A program made the translations under genes and the position numbers. From Candidatus Hydrogenedentota bacterium (GTDB lineage Bacteria; Hydrogenedentota; Hydrogenedentia; Hydrogenedentales; SLHB01), in the NCBI GenBank assembly GCA_963745075.1, contig CAVUWV010000030.1:26309-90308 (forward strand): a stretch of 64,000 bases of DNA, given 5' to 3'. Below, piece by piece: positions 1-9,425 of this stretch. The notes beneath the pieces were generated by a model that saw only the letters and a program-made list of their open reading frames with translations, was not told the DNA's origin and ran no database searches. The stretch's first letter is position 1. Each line of letters begins with the position of its first letter.

Positions 1-1002
1 CTGGATGCGAAGCGACTCGACGGGTTGCACGCGCACGGGGAGTTTTCGTTCGACGCATTCGGTGAAATGACGAACTTCCATGCGGTGGCCTTCCTGGACG
101 GGAAGCCAGTCGAACTTGGTGCTGGTGAGGGAACGGCCTTCGTAGCTGTATACCCCGGGGGGTTCCGTGGCGATCCCGGCCTTGTCGCCTAAGATGGAAA
201 TTCCACCGCGCTCTTCCGGGATGTTGGCCGCCCAGGAGACCTCGAAGGTCAGGGTAATGTCATTCTCAAAACGCACGTACGCGGAAGCGTAGTCTTCCAC
301 GTCGAATTCCTCGGGAGGGTAGGTTTCCCCCCACTCCCCGTTGCAGAGGTCTTCGCGGTCGCCGAACATCCGATACACCTTACCGGATGCAGCGACCGGA
401 CGGGGACTTCCCATAAGCCAGACCGCAAGGTCGAGCACGTGCACGCCGATATCGATGAGGGGTCCGCCCAAGGACTCATCGCGAAGGTGAAACTTGCCCC
501 AGCCCGGGATGCCGCGGCGGCGCAGCCATGTGGCGTTGGCGGAGTAAATCTGCCCGAGTCGCCCGGATTCGACGACCTCCTTGAGCTTTTCGCTCACGGC
601 CTCGAACCGCATATGCTGCCCGGCCATCAACTTCCGGTTGGCAGTCGTGGCGGCCTTGATCATCGTCCGGCACTCGGTGGCGTTCATGGCCATGGGTTTT
701 TCGACAAGCACGTGCGCGCCGGCTTTGAGCGCAGCGATCGTGAGGGGTGCGTGGCAGCGGTTTTGCGTGTAGACCCCGATGATGTCGTACGGCCCCTCTC
801 GGAGCATGCGCTTGTAATCGGTGTAGACGAGGCGGGCGCCATACTTCTCGGCCTTTTCTTCCGCGCGCTCCTTAATGATGTCGCACACGCCGATGAGTTC
901 GACGCGGCCTTCGGCCTCGAGCTCATGCCAATGCGGCAGGTGATAGCGCTCCGATGCGTCGCCCGCGCCGATAATTCCGACCTTCAACTTTATTTTGCTC
1001 AT
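1..1002 (-). CDS. Gfo/Idh/MocA family oxidoreductase (partial, 3' end runs off the window)
   Basis: Not in the ORF track. Manual translation from ATG at 1002 gives MSKIKLKVGIIGAGDASERYHL...HVLVEKPMAMN...GGPLIDIGVHVLD, with Rossmann GxGxxS, EKP and DxGxH motifs. The start overlaps the upstream stop (TAATG). Confidence 0.9.
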   Translation of the reverse strand, partial: MSKIKLKVGIIGAGDASERYHLPHWHELEAEGRVELIGVCDIIKERAEEKAEKYGARLVYTDYKRMLREGPYDIIGVYTQNRCHAPLTIAALKAGAHVLVEKPMAMNATECRTMIKAATTANRKLMAGQHMRFEAVSEKLKEVVESGRLGQIYSANATWLRRRGIPGWGKFHLRDESLGGPLIDIGVHVLDLAVWLMGSPRPVAASGKVYRMFGDREDLCNGEWGETYPPEEFDVEDYASAYVRFENDITLTFEVSWAANIPEERGGISILGDKAGIATEPPGVYSYEGRSLTSTKFDWLPVQEGHRMEVRHFTECVERKLPVRVQPVESLRIQ

Positions 1003-1832
1003 TAATGGTCCCCGGGAAGTATCGCTCTGTTGACCCGTTCATCCTGGTTGTCGCGAATCCCCCGATCGCGAACCGTTTCCGGTGCAGGCCCCAGCGAAAC
1101 ACGTGCGACGTAGGGCAGGTGATCGGACGCGACTCGCGCCACGGGGGTGTCGACAAAGCGGGATGATACGGCATTGATAGAGCCCGACACCAGCACGAAA
1201 TCGATTCGTTGGTCCGGCATCGAAGTTGCCGATTCTGCGGCGCCGAACGTGTCCCGGTAGCGCGTCAGTAGGATTGTGATGGCCGGCCCATCCGGTCTTT
1301 CGTTCAGATCGCCGGCAAGTATGGTGGGGAGGTCCCGCGCCAGGTCGACTACACGCGCGGCCTGCTCCTTGCGCGCTTGGGGAAGCAGGTCGAAATGCGT
1401 ATTGAGCACATCGATGTCCCGGCCGTCGACATTCACGACCGTTCGGAGACATCCGCGACGTTCGCCGCCTTCAACGAAGGGCAGGGAGAAGTTCGCTGAC
1501 TCGACGATAGGGAAGCGGGACAAGGTGCTATTGCCATAGGCGCCGCCTTCCAGATCGAGATTGGGTCCAAAGGCGTATTCCATATTCAAACGTTTGGCCA
1601 GTTCGGCCGGCATGTCGACGCGGTGCGTCCGGGCGCAATTGCGGTCGACTTCCTGGAGACATACGATGTCGGGCCGTTCGTCGGTAATGACAGTTGCGAT
1701 ACGATCCAGATCCAGGACGCCATCCGTGCCTTCGGCGTGGTGGAGGTTGTACGTTACTACACGAATCTCGGGTTCGGCCGAGAGCGGCAGCAACCCGGTT
1801 AGAAGCGACAGGGCGAGCGCGGTTCCGAACAT
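1002..1832 (-). CDS. Secreted endonuclease/exonuclease/phosphatase (EEP) family protein
   Basis: Motifs TYNLHH, LQEVD, NTHF, GDLN, RIDF, SDHLP; signal-peptide-like MFGTALALSLL. Start moved from 1892 to the ATG at 1832. Confidence 0.88.
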   Translation of the reverse strand: MFGTALALSLLTGLLPLSAEPEIRVVTYNLHHAEGTDGVLDLDRIATVITDERPDIVCLQEVDRNCARTHRVDMPAELAKRLNMEYAFGPNLDLEGGAYGNSTLSRFPIVESANFSLPFVEGGERRGCLRTVVNVDGRDIDVLNTHFDLLPQARKEQAARVVDLARDLPTILAGDLNERPDGPAITILLTRYRDTFGAAESATSMPDQRIDFVLVSGSINAVSSRFVDTPVARVASDHLPYVARVSLGPAPETVRDRGIRDNQDERVNRAILPGDH

Positions 1833-2397
1833 GATACGTTCTGTCCCCCAATTGTGGCTTGTATTCGTGATAATGCCGGTTGAGTGTATCATGGTTCCCT
1901 GGGTACGAAGGAGTTTCGGAACGGACGTTTTGCGGGGTCTGGTGCGGAGCCGTGCGCGTCTGGTGGGTGGGACGGTGTTTGTAAGTTGGGGTAAATAATC
2001 AGCTTACAGTTCTTCAGAATACGCACTTCCTGGCCTGGCGTCGTTTTGCGATTTGGGAGACCTCGAAGGCTTCACCGGTCGTGTAACAACGGGGGCGGAA
2101 AGTGGTATTACTACTAAGCAATGGGGAAGCATTGCGTGCATGGGAACAGGCAAGATTATACCAGATATAGATTGCGTTTTCGGAAATAGTGGTGTATACT
2201 GTGTCCCGCACGCTACATATAGTAGCTTATCTTTCCGACAGACGTATCTGGTGATACGGACGGATGAGATGGGGTCGTTGACCCGTTGTGCAGCGTCACG
2301 GTTTGTCAGTAGGAGGCGTTTGCGCTGGACGGCGGTTGGTTAGGCAGGACGAGTCTTACAAAACGAATCTGCACAAAAGGAAAAGGAGGTGACATTC

Positions 2398-2532
2398 ATG
2401 AAGCACATCAAGGCATTGACGAAGGTCGATCCGCGGATGGCCGCAGCCCCGACGGGTAAGTGCGACACCATTCTGAAGACGCCGGAAGAGAAGGATGCGA
2501 AGAAGGCCGAGAAGCAGAATCCGAGCAGCTAA
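2398..2532 (+). CDS. 44-aa small peptide MKHIKALTKVDPRMAAAPTGKCDTILKTPEEKDAKKAEKQNPSS
   Basis: Below the ORF-track cutoff. Strong SD AAGGAGGT shortly before ATG 2398; sits alone in a long intergenic gap; N-terminus resembles the peptide at 39842. Confidence 0.7.
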   Translation: MKHIKALTKVDPRMAAAPTGKCDTILKTPEEKDAKKAEKQNPSS

Positions 2533-2628
2533 CTTTCGGTTGTAATTTCCAGTCAGATTATTCCAGGCTGCGTCTCTTGCTCGAAGCGAGAGGCGCAGTC
2601 GTTTTTTGTGCGATTCACGAGGAACGGA

Positions 2629-3825
2629 CTACGCCTCGCGATCGAAGCTGGGAACCGGCAATTGCTCTCCCCCACGCTTGGACGACTCGTGGGCCACCAT
2701 CCCCGGGACGCAAAAGGCGAGCGCTTCGTAGAGATCGATGACGGGTTCGCGGTCCTCGACGAGGGCCATGATGAATTCGTTGGTGAGGAACGGATGGGAC
2801 CGGCCGTGGCCGCTGTCCTGCCGCATGGCCTCGGGCACCATGTGCCAGTAGTCCGGTAATACGTCCTCCCCGCTTTCCGGTAAACGCAACGCGAAGGGCT
2901 GGCCGCCGGAACCTGGCATGTAGAGGACGCCTTCGGTGCCGAACCATTGGGCGCGCTCGCCGTGGGCGTGGAGCTTCCACCCCACGTTGCACCGGAACGG
3001 TTTGCCGGATTGCGTGACAAACATAGCGGTCTCGTTCCAGAAGGGGTTGTTGTAGTCGTTGTCTTTGAGCGCCGGTTCATCGTCGCCCCAACCGACGGAA
3101 GAAACGCGGGTCAGCCGCTCGCCCGTGACGCCCACCAGAAACGCCGTGGAATGGGTCGGGTACAACATGGGCGCGAACCCGTAACGCCAGGTCCGCTCGC
3201 CGTTGAGGTACCAGAGCGATTTCCGTTCGGCATCGTTCATGGGGTGATAGTACTCGGCCTCGGTATAGACCAGTTCGCCGAACAGTCCATCCTGATGCAA
3301 GCGCCGGGCGGTGATGGTTTCCCACCGGTAGTAGCTGGTTTCCGCGCTCATGTAGCGAAGGCCCGTGCGCTCCTTCACCTCCTTCAGCCTGGCGGCGTCC
3401 TCCAACGTCATGCACGCCGGGCATGCGGAGATCACGTGTTTGCCGGCTTCCATACAGGCGATGACGTGGCGCGGATGATCGGGTGCGCCGGTGAAGACGG
3501 CAACGGCCTCGATGTCAGGGTCGAGGATGAGTTTTTCGAGGGACTCGTAGGACTTCTCGCAGCCGTAGGTTTTCATGAGGTGATCGCGACGCTCCGGAAT
3601 GAGGTCGCTGACGGCCGCCACTTCGCAATTGGGGTGCTGATGCCAGTGGAACATCGCGCCGAACCTCCCGCCGACAACCCCAATACGGATCTTCCGATCG
3701 GAGGTCTGGGACCATTCCAGCCCATCAGCGAGGACAGACTGCACGGCCAGCGGCGCGGCGAACGAGGCGCCGGCGGCGATGAGACTGGCGCGCTGGAGGA
3801 ACGAGCGGCGGGAAAGGCTAAGCAT
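2629..3825 (-). CDS. Tat-exported Gfo/Idh/MocA family oxidoreductase
   Basis: SRRSFL twin-arginine signal after ATG 3825 (GGAG RBS); IGVVGG Rossmann motif; GKHVISACP; LYPTH. Confidence 0.88.
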   Translation of the reverse strand: MLSLSRRSFLQRASLIAAGASFAAPLAVQSVLADGLEWSQTSDRKIRIGVVGGRFGAMFHWHQHPNCEVAAVSDLIPERRDHLMKTYGCEKSYESLEKLILDPDIEAVAVFTGAPDHPRHVIACMEAGKHVISACPACMTLEDAARLKEVKERTGLRYMSAETSYYRWETITARRLHQDGLFGELVYTEAEYYHPMNDAERKSLWYLNGERTWRYGFAPMLYPTHSTAFLVGVTGERLTRVSSVGWGDDEPALKDNDYNNPFWNETAMFVTQSGKPFRCNVGWKLHAHGERAQWFGTEGVLYMPGSGGQPFALRLPESGEDVLPDYWHMVPEAMRQDSGHGRSHPFLTNEFIMALVEDREPVIDLYEALAFCVPGMVAHESSKRGGEQLPVPSFDREA

Positions 3826-4155
3826 ACTTTTTACTCCCAGTGATGTCATACGTTTCGGCATTCGAACTAACCACCTCGTCAGCGTTGGAAGCAATTTGAA
3901 CCCTGAGGACTGAATATTGCAAGGATTCATCCTTTTAAGTCATGCATACTGCGTGCGGTAAATGGCAGTTTCCCTAGATAATGGGAGCCAACTTCCATTT
4001 GCAGGAATTGGGGATAAGGTTGTTATTCACTGAAATTGCGAAAAGTATAGAATACTATAAACTAAACAATTTTGTTGATGTCATCGGGATTTTCGGGTAT
4101 ACTGTCTTGTGATTCGATAAAATTGCCGTGCTTTTGCGGAATTTTCAGACAGCGG

Positions 4156-4243
4156 GGCTCTTGGCCGTACTTTTTCCCGTGTCATAGGGGGATTCTGTAC
4201 TCGACGACCGGAGCCGCAACGTGAGAAGGGGAGGATTGACAAC
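4156..4243 (+). promoter_or_regulatory. Candidate structured 5' leader (copy 1) of MCP gene
   Basis: Outer stem 4156-4168/4204-4215, inner hairpin 4171-4192; homologous to 7049-7137 with compensatory changes. Confidence 0.5.
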
Positions 4244-6412
4244 ATGAGTCGTAATCGCTCACTGGGGTTCAAGATTATTGCAGGTTACGTTTTAATCATG
4301 CTTTTCGTAGGTATAACGGGGATAGCGGGCTACGTGGGGATTAGGCAATTAACTACGCAGATGCACCACGTGGGAGATGAGGAGGTCCCGCTTCTGGAAG
4401 CGGCAAACGGGTTGAAGTATCAAGTCCAGGCGAGCGTGGGTCGGATGGAGGAATTGCGGTCTGCGACGGCCGTGATCGCGATCGCACAGACCGACAAGGT
4501 GGACGCGATCGAGTCGGAGTACCAGAAGGCGGCAGACGCGTTTGAGACCTACCTTTCGGCGGCACAGGAGGGCGGTCAGATCGAGGGTGGCCTTACGGTC
4601 GTCAAGACGGATGACACCGAGTTACTTGATCTATTGGCGCGCGGAGATAAACTGCACAATGACGAGTTCGGTCCTGCGGCTGAAGAGATTGTGGAGCACG
4701 CCCGGGAACTTGTAGCGGCCAAGAAGGCGGCTGATGCTGGCATGGAGGAGCAAGACCAGCAGTTTGATCTCTTTGTAAAGGCGTTGGATGCCATGGAGCA
4801 GAGGATTCTCGGCATCTTTGTGAAGGACAAAGATGCCGCTACTACGGTGGAAGAACTCCGGAAGGTCACCGACCAAGATACTCCGTTAATCGACGCGGTG
4901 ATGGACATGCGGCTGGCAGTTGCGATGGGCCGAGTACGGATCGAGGAACTCGCACAGTCGACTGATCGGGAAAGTACCAATGAGGGGAAACAGCGATTCG
5001 ATGAGGAAATGGCACGCTTCGACCAAGTGAGTAACGCTCTACGCAGGGGTGGCGAAATTGGCGAGGTTACTGTCGAGCCGATTAAGGACAATGAACTCCT
5101 GGGGCTTCTTGATGCGTGTGATGCAGCGCACGACGGCTATTTAGAAAAGGCGAACGCCCTGATGGAGGGCCAACTGGGGCTGATCGATACCGCCGACGCC
5201 GCTAAGGCCGCGGCCGTACGATTGGCCAAGGCCGGGGATGATATCCAGAATTTGTTCAAGGAATCGGCGCAGATGGCGCGGGACGAAGTGGAAAGTGCAC
5301 AGGTAGCTGGTGAATCTGCGGCCGCTCGCGCAACCACCACGATGATTATTATCGTGCTCGTTTCGGTCGTGTTGGGCATCTTGATTGGCGTATTGGTGAC
5401 TCGATCGATTACGAAGCCGATCAACGCCATTATCGAAGGACTCCGCGGTGGAGCGTCCCAGGTAACTGCGGCGTCGCAGCAGGTGGCGGAATCGAGTCAG
5501 TCGATGGCGGAAGGCGCCAGCGAGCAAGCGTCGTCGCTGGAAGAGACCTCGGCATCGTTGGAAGAGATGGCGTCCATGACCCGGCAAAATGCCGACAATG
5601 CGCGCCAGGCGAACACGATGACTGCGGAAGCCAGTGAAGCGGCGGGTTCCGGCGAAAAGGCTATGGAACGGATGTCCGACGCGATTAACAAGATCAAGAC
5701 ATCGTCGGACAAGACGGCCAAGATCATCAAGACCATCGACGAGATCGCCTTCCAAACGAATCTCCTGGCGTTGAACGCAGCGGTTGAAGCGGCCCGTGCG
5801 GGCGAGGCCGGAAAAGGGTTTGCGGTGGTGGCCGAGGAAGTACGGAATCTCGCACAACGAAGTGCTGAGGCCGCGCGCGACACATCGGCGCTCATCGAGG
5901 AATCGCAACAGAACGCGGATGGCGGCGTAGAAGTCAGCGCCGAAGTGGCCTCGATTTTGAGTTCCATCGGCGCCGGCGTACAGAAGGTGAACCAGCTCGT
6001 CAGCGAAGTTGCCGCGGGAAGTTCCGAGCAATCGCAGGGCATCGAACAGATCAATCTCGCGGTCGCACAGATGGATCAGGTGACGCAATCCAACGCCGCC
6101 AATTCCGAAGAGGCGGCCGCCGCTAGCGAGGAGTTGTCGGCGCAGGCGCGGGAGTTGAACGACATGGTGGCGGTATTGACCGCCCTGGTATCCGGCGGAA
6201 ACGCCAGCCAGGTGGACAGCGTTTCACCGCCGCCTCGACGTGGGGCCCGCAAAGCGGCGCAACCGCCCGTCGAGCGGCGTAAGGTGGCCGTACACCATCC
6301 GGCCTTAACGGCTCCGGCCCACCGCGACGGTTCGAATGGTAAGAAGCCCGAAAAGGTAACGTCGCCGGAAGAGATTATTCCGTTGGACGACGCGGATTTG
6401 GCAGACTTCTAA
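4244..6412 (+). CDS. Methyl-accepting chemotaxis protein (paralog 1)
   Basis: N-terminal TM, large periplasmic region, second TM, signalling hairpin [38 protein letters not shown]-terminal ...[11 protein letters not shown]. Confidence 0.96.
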   Translation: MSRNRSLGFKIIAGYVLIMLFVGITGIAGYVGIRQLTTQMHHVGDEEVPLLEAANGLKYQVQASVGRMEELRSATAVIAIAQTDKVDAIESEYQKAADAFETYLSAAQEGGQIEGGLTVVKTDDTELLDLLARGDKLHNDEFGPAAEEIVEHARELVAAKKAADAGMEEQDQQFDLFVKALDAMEQRILGIFVKDKDAATTVEELRKVTDQDTPLIDAVMDMRLAVAMGRVRIEELAQSTDRESTNEGKQRFDEEMARFDQVSNALRRGGEIGEVTVEPIKDNELLGLLDACDAAHDGYLEKANALMEGQLGLIDTADAAKAAAVRLAKAGDDIQNLFKESAQMARDEVESAQVAGESAAARATTTMIIIVLVSVVLGILIGVLVTRSITKPINAIIEGLRGGASQVTAASQQVAESSQSMAEGASEQASSLEETSASLEEMASMTRQNADNARQANTMTAEASEAAGSGEKAMERMSDAINKIKTSSDKTAKIIKTIDEIAFQTNLLALNAAVEAARAGEAGKGFAVVAEEVRNLAQRSAEAARDTSALIEESQQNADGGVEVSAEVASILSSIGAGVQKVNQLVSEVAAGSSEQSQGIEQINLAVAQMDQVTQSNAANSEEAAAASEELSAQARELNDMVAVLTALVSGGNASQVDSVSPPPRRGARKAAQPPVERRKVAVHHPALTAPAHRDGSNGKKPEKVTSPEEIIPLDDADLADF

Positions 6413-7048
6413 GCGCACCGCGATTATGCAACGACCCCAGAGAATCTGCTCGCATGCACGGTAGCCGGAACGCAGCACCGTGCATGTGAGCAGCGTCTCG
6501 GTGATTCTCGGGCCCGGAAATCTCACACACACCAAACGTTGGATCGGTAACCCCAACCCGCTCTAGGTCTTCACATGTAGGTGCGTGCTTTTTGGGTTGA
6601 CAGAGTGCGTGTGAGAATTCGCTCAACCACGCCCACGGTGTGGCCGTATTTCTCGAAAGCAATTCTCACCGCACCCAAGGTGCCGGTCTGCAAGACAACG
6701 TCGTTCCGGTGGTGAGAAATTCGCCTAGGCAGGTAGATTAGGGGCTGTCTACCTTCGATCCTACTAAGAACTTCTACCAAAAACCAAGTCGTCAGATTGT
6801 GGTGCAGCCATCCTGGCTGCTTTTGGCTGATGGAGAAGGCAGGCAAGAATGCCCGCACCACAATGGCTCGGACAGGTATGTTTTTTGTTAAAAGTTTTAA
6901 GTCAGGAGAAGGTTCTATGTTGCAAAATAAGCGAAAAACCATTAATAGTATTAAACGAAAAATAGGCTTGAATTAGCTGGAATTCTCATATATATTAGGA
7001 GCAGAATTCGATAAAATGCTGCAAGTATGCGGGTTTTACGGTTCAGGG

Positions 7049-7137
7049 GGCTTTTGGCCGTGTTCTCTTCCTGCGTCGATAGGGGGTCCTATTGTCGACG
7101 ACCAAGGCCGTAACGTGAGATAAGGAGAGAAGTTATC
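7049..7137 (+). promoter_or_regulatory. Candidate structured 5' leader (copy 2) of MCP gene
   Basis: Outer stem 7049-7061/7098-7109; tract TTCTCTTCCT (7063-7072) is complementary both to AGGGGG (7081-7086) and to the SD region AGGAGAGAA (7123-7131). Confidence 0.5.
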
Positions 7138-9309
7138 ATGTTTCACAATCGATCGCTGGGGTTTAAGATAGTCAGTGGATACATCTTGATAATCTTATTC
7201 GTTGGTATTACAGGAGTTACGGGGTACTTGGGGATCCGGCAATTGGCGGCTCAGTTGCACCGTGTGGGGGATGAGGAGGCCCCCCTTCTGGAGGCGGCGG
7301 ACGGATTGAAGTTCCAGATTCAGGCGAGCGTACGGCGGATGGAAGAGTTGCGATCGGCGTCAGCGGTCATCGCGATAGCGCAACCGGAGAAAATAGACGA
7401 AATCGAGTCGGAATATCAGAATGCGGCGGATGCCTTCGAGTCCGATCTGGCGGCGGCACGGGAGGGCGGTCAAACCGCGGACGGTATAACGGTGATCAAG
7501 ACGGATGACACGGAATTGCTCGGTCTGTTAGCGCAGGGCGACAAGTTGCACAACGACGAGTTTGGCCCTGCGGCGGAGCAGATTATCGAACATTCCAAGG
7601 AACTTGTCGCGGCCAAGCAAGAGTCGGACGCCGGGATGGAGAAGCAGGACGAGCAATTCGCGGTCATGATGAAGTCCCTGGACGACATGGAGGGGAAGAT
7701 CCTGGATGGGTTTGTGCGGGACAAGAACGCCGCGACCACGTTGGAAGAACTCCGGACCGTGACGGATCGGGATACTCCGCTCATTGATGCCGTGATGGAC
7801 ATGCGGCTTGCGGTTGCCATGAGCCGGATTCGCCTGGAAGAACTTGCACAAACGACGGACCTGAAAGCCGTGGACGAAGGACAGCAAGGCTTTGAAGAAC
7901 AGAAGAACAACTTTGACGCGGTGACCGAAGTCCTCCGGGAAGGCGGCCAGCGTGGCGAGGTAACGGTCGAACCGGTTCGCGACAGCGAGTTGCTGGGGCT
8001 TCTCGACGCATGCGACACCGCCCACGATGTGTATATGGGTCAAGCGGATGCGATGATCGCGGATCAGCGGTCGTTGATTGGAACGGCCAGCGCCGCTCGG
8101 GAAGCGGCCCAACGCCTGGCCACGGCCGGGGACGACATCCAGAAGCTTTTCGGGCAGTCGGCTGAGATGTCGCGCGGTGAAATGGACAATGCGCGGGAGG
8201 CGGGTGAATCGGCAGCGGCCCGGGCCACGACGATCATGACGATCATAATCCTTCTTTCCGCGGTAATCGGGTTAGCGGTCGGTGTGTTGTTAACGTACTC
8301 GATCACCAAGCCTGTCAATCGGATCATCGACGGCCTCAGCTTTGGGGCGGACCAGGTGAATGCGGCTTCACAGCAGGTTGCGGCGGCAAGCCAGTCCATG
8401 GCGGAAGGCGCCAGCGAGCAGGCGTCTTCGCTGGAAGAAACGTCCGCGTCGTTGGAGGAGATGGCATCCATGACGCGGCAGAATGCGGATAACGCACGCC
8501 AAGCAAACACGATGACGGAGAACGCCAGTCAGGCGGCGTCCAAGGGTGGTCAGGCGATGGGTCGGATGTCCGAAGCCATTTCCAAGATTAAGGAGTCGTC
8601 GGATCAAACCGCGAAGATCATCAAGACGATCGATGAGATCGCCTTCCAGACCAACCTTCTGGCCCTGAACGCGGCGGTCGAGGCGGCGCGGGCCGGTGAA
8701 GCGGGCAAGGGTTTTGCGGTAGTGGCGGAAGAAGTCCGCAGTCTGGCGCAGCGCAGCGCGCAGGCGGCAAAGGATACGTCGGAACTGATCGAGGGTTCGC
8801 AGCGCAACGCCGACAACGGGGTCGAGGTGAGCCAGGAGGTCGCGTCCATATTGGGGGCCATTTCGGAATCGGTTCAAAAGGTCAACCAGTTGGTAAGCGA
8901 AGTCGCCGCGGGCAGCAACGAACAGGCGCAGGGCATCGATCAGATCAATGTGGCGATGTCGCAAATGGACAAGGTGACGCAGTCCAGCGCGGCCAACTCC
9001 GAGGAAGCTGCGGCAGCGAGCGAAGAATTGTCTGGGCAAGCCAGCGAGTTGACGGACATGGTGCGGGATCTTACGCAGATTGTGTCCGGCGGCAACGGGA
9101 CGAACGGACGGGCGGTAGCGACCAACGGCAAGCGCGCGTCGCACGCGGTAAAGACGCATGCCGCCGAGCAGGGGCGCCGTGTGACCGATCATGCGCTCGC
9201 ACTGGCGGCGCCGGAGCGGCACGGCCAATCCCGGAAACGGGATGCGGCCAAGGTGAAAACGCCGGAGGAAGTCATTCCACTGGACGATACGGACTTGGCG
9301 GACTTCTAA
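7138..9309 (+). CDS. Methyl-accepting chemotaxis protein (paralog 2)
   Basis: Same architecture as, and collinear with, 4244-6412; ends [11 protein letters not shown]. Confidence 0.96.
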   Translation: MFHNRSLGFKIVSGYILIILFVGITGVTGYLGIRQLAAQLHRVGDEEAPLLEAADGLKFQIQASVRRMEELRSASAVIAIAQPEKIDEIESEYQNAADAFESDLAAAREGGQTADGITVIKTDDTELLGLLAQGDKLHNDEFGPAAEQIIEHSKELVAAKQESDAGMEKQDEQFAVMMKSLDDMEGKILDGFVRDKNAATTLEELRTVTDRDTPLIDAVMDMRLAVAMSRIRLEELAQTTDLKAVDEGQQGFEEQKNNFDAVTEVLREGGQRGEVTVEPVRDSELLGLLDACDTAHDVYMGQADAMIADQRSLIGTASAAREAAQRLATAGDDIQKLFGQSAEMSRGEMDNAREAGESAAARATTIMTIIILLSAVIGLAVGVLLTYSITKPVNRIIDGLSFGADQVNAASQQVAAASQSMAEGASEQASSLEETSASLEEMASMTRQNADNARQANTMTENASQAASKGGQAMGRMSEAISKIKESSDQTAKIIKTIDEIAFQTNLLALNAAVEAARAGEAGKGFAVVAEEVRSLAQRSAQAAKDTSELIEGSQRNADNGVEVSQEVASILGAISESVQKVNQLVSEVAAGSNEQAQGIDQINVAMSQMDKVTQSSAANSEEAAAASEELSGQASELTDMVRDLTQIVSGGNGTNGRAVATNGKRASHAVKTHAAEQGRRVTDHALALAAPERHGQSRKRDAAKVKTPEEVIPLDDTDLADF

Positions 9310-9425
9310 TATGTCCATTACCTGTGTATTCTACTAACGGGGTTTTCCGCCGCCGGATGCGGATCCGGCGGCGGGAATCGACCGCGATAACGAGTGGGAA
9401 GTGTGAATTACGCGGAGGGGAGACC

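Noticed and set aside
2036-2049. Sigma54-like TGGC...TTGC upstream of the 2398 peptide
   Set aside because: GG-to-GC spacing is 9 nt, not the required 10.
4093-4123. Complete sigma28 (FliA) promoter upstream of the MCP genes
   Set aside because: Only a partial -10 match (TTCGATAA); no TAAA -35 at 15-nt spacing in either copy.
4112-4243. Known c-di-GMP-I/II or c-di-AMP riboswitch in the MCP leaders
   Set aside because: Hallmark motifs (e.g. GCAAA..GAAA tetraloop..GACGCAAAGC) are not present; kept only as a novel candidate.
6571-6942. 123-aa minus-strand ORF between the MCP genes
   Set aside because: No clear RBS, no recognisable domain and atypical composition; the region is better explained as regulatory.
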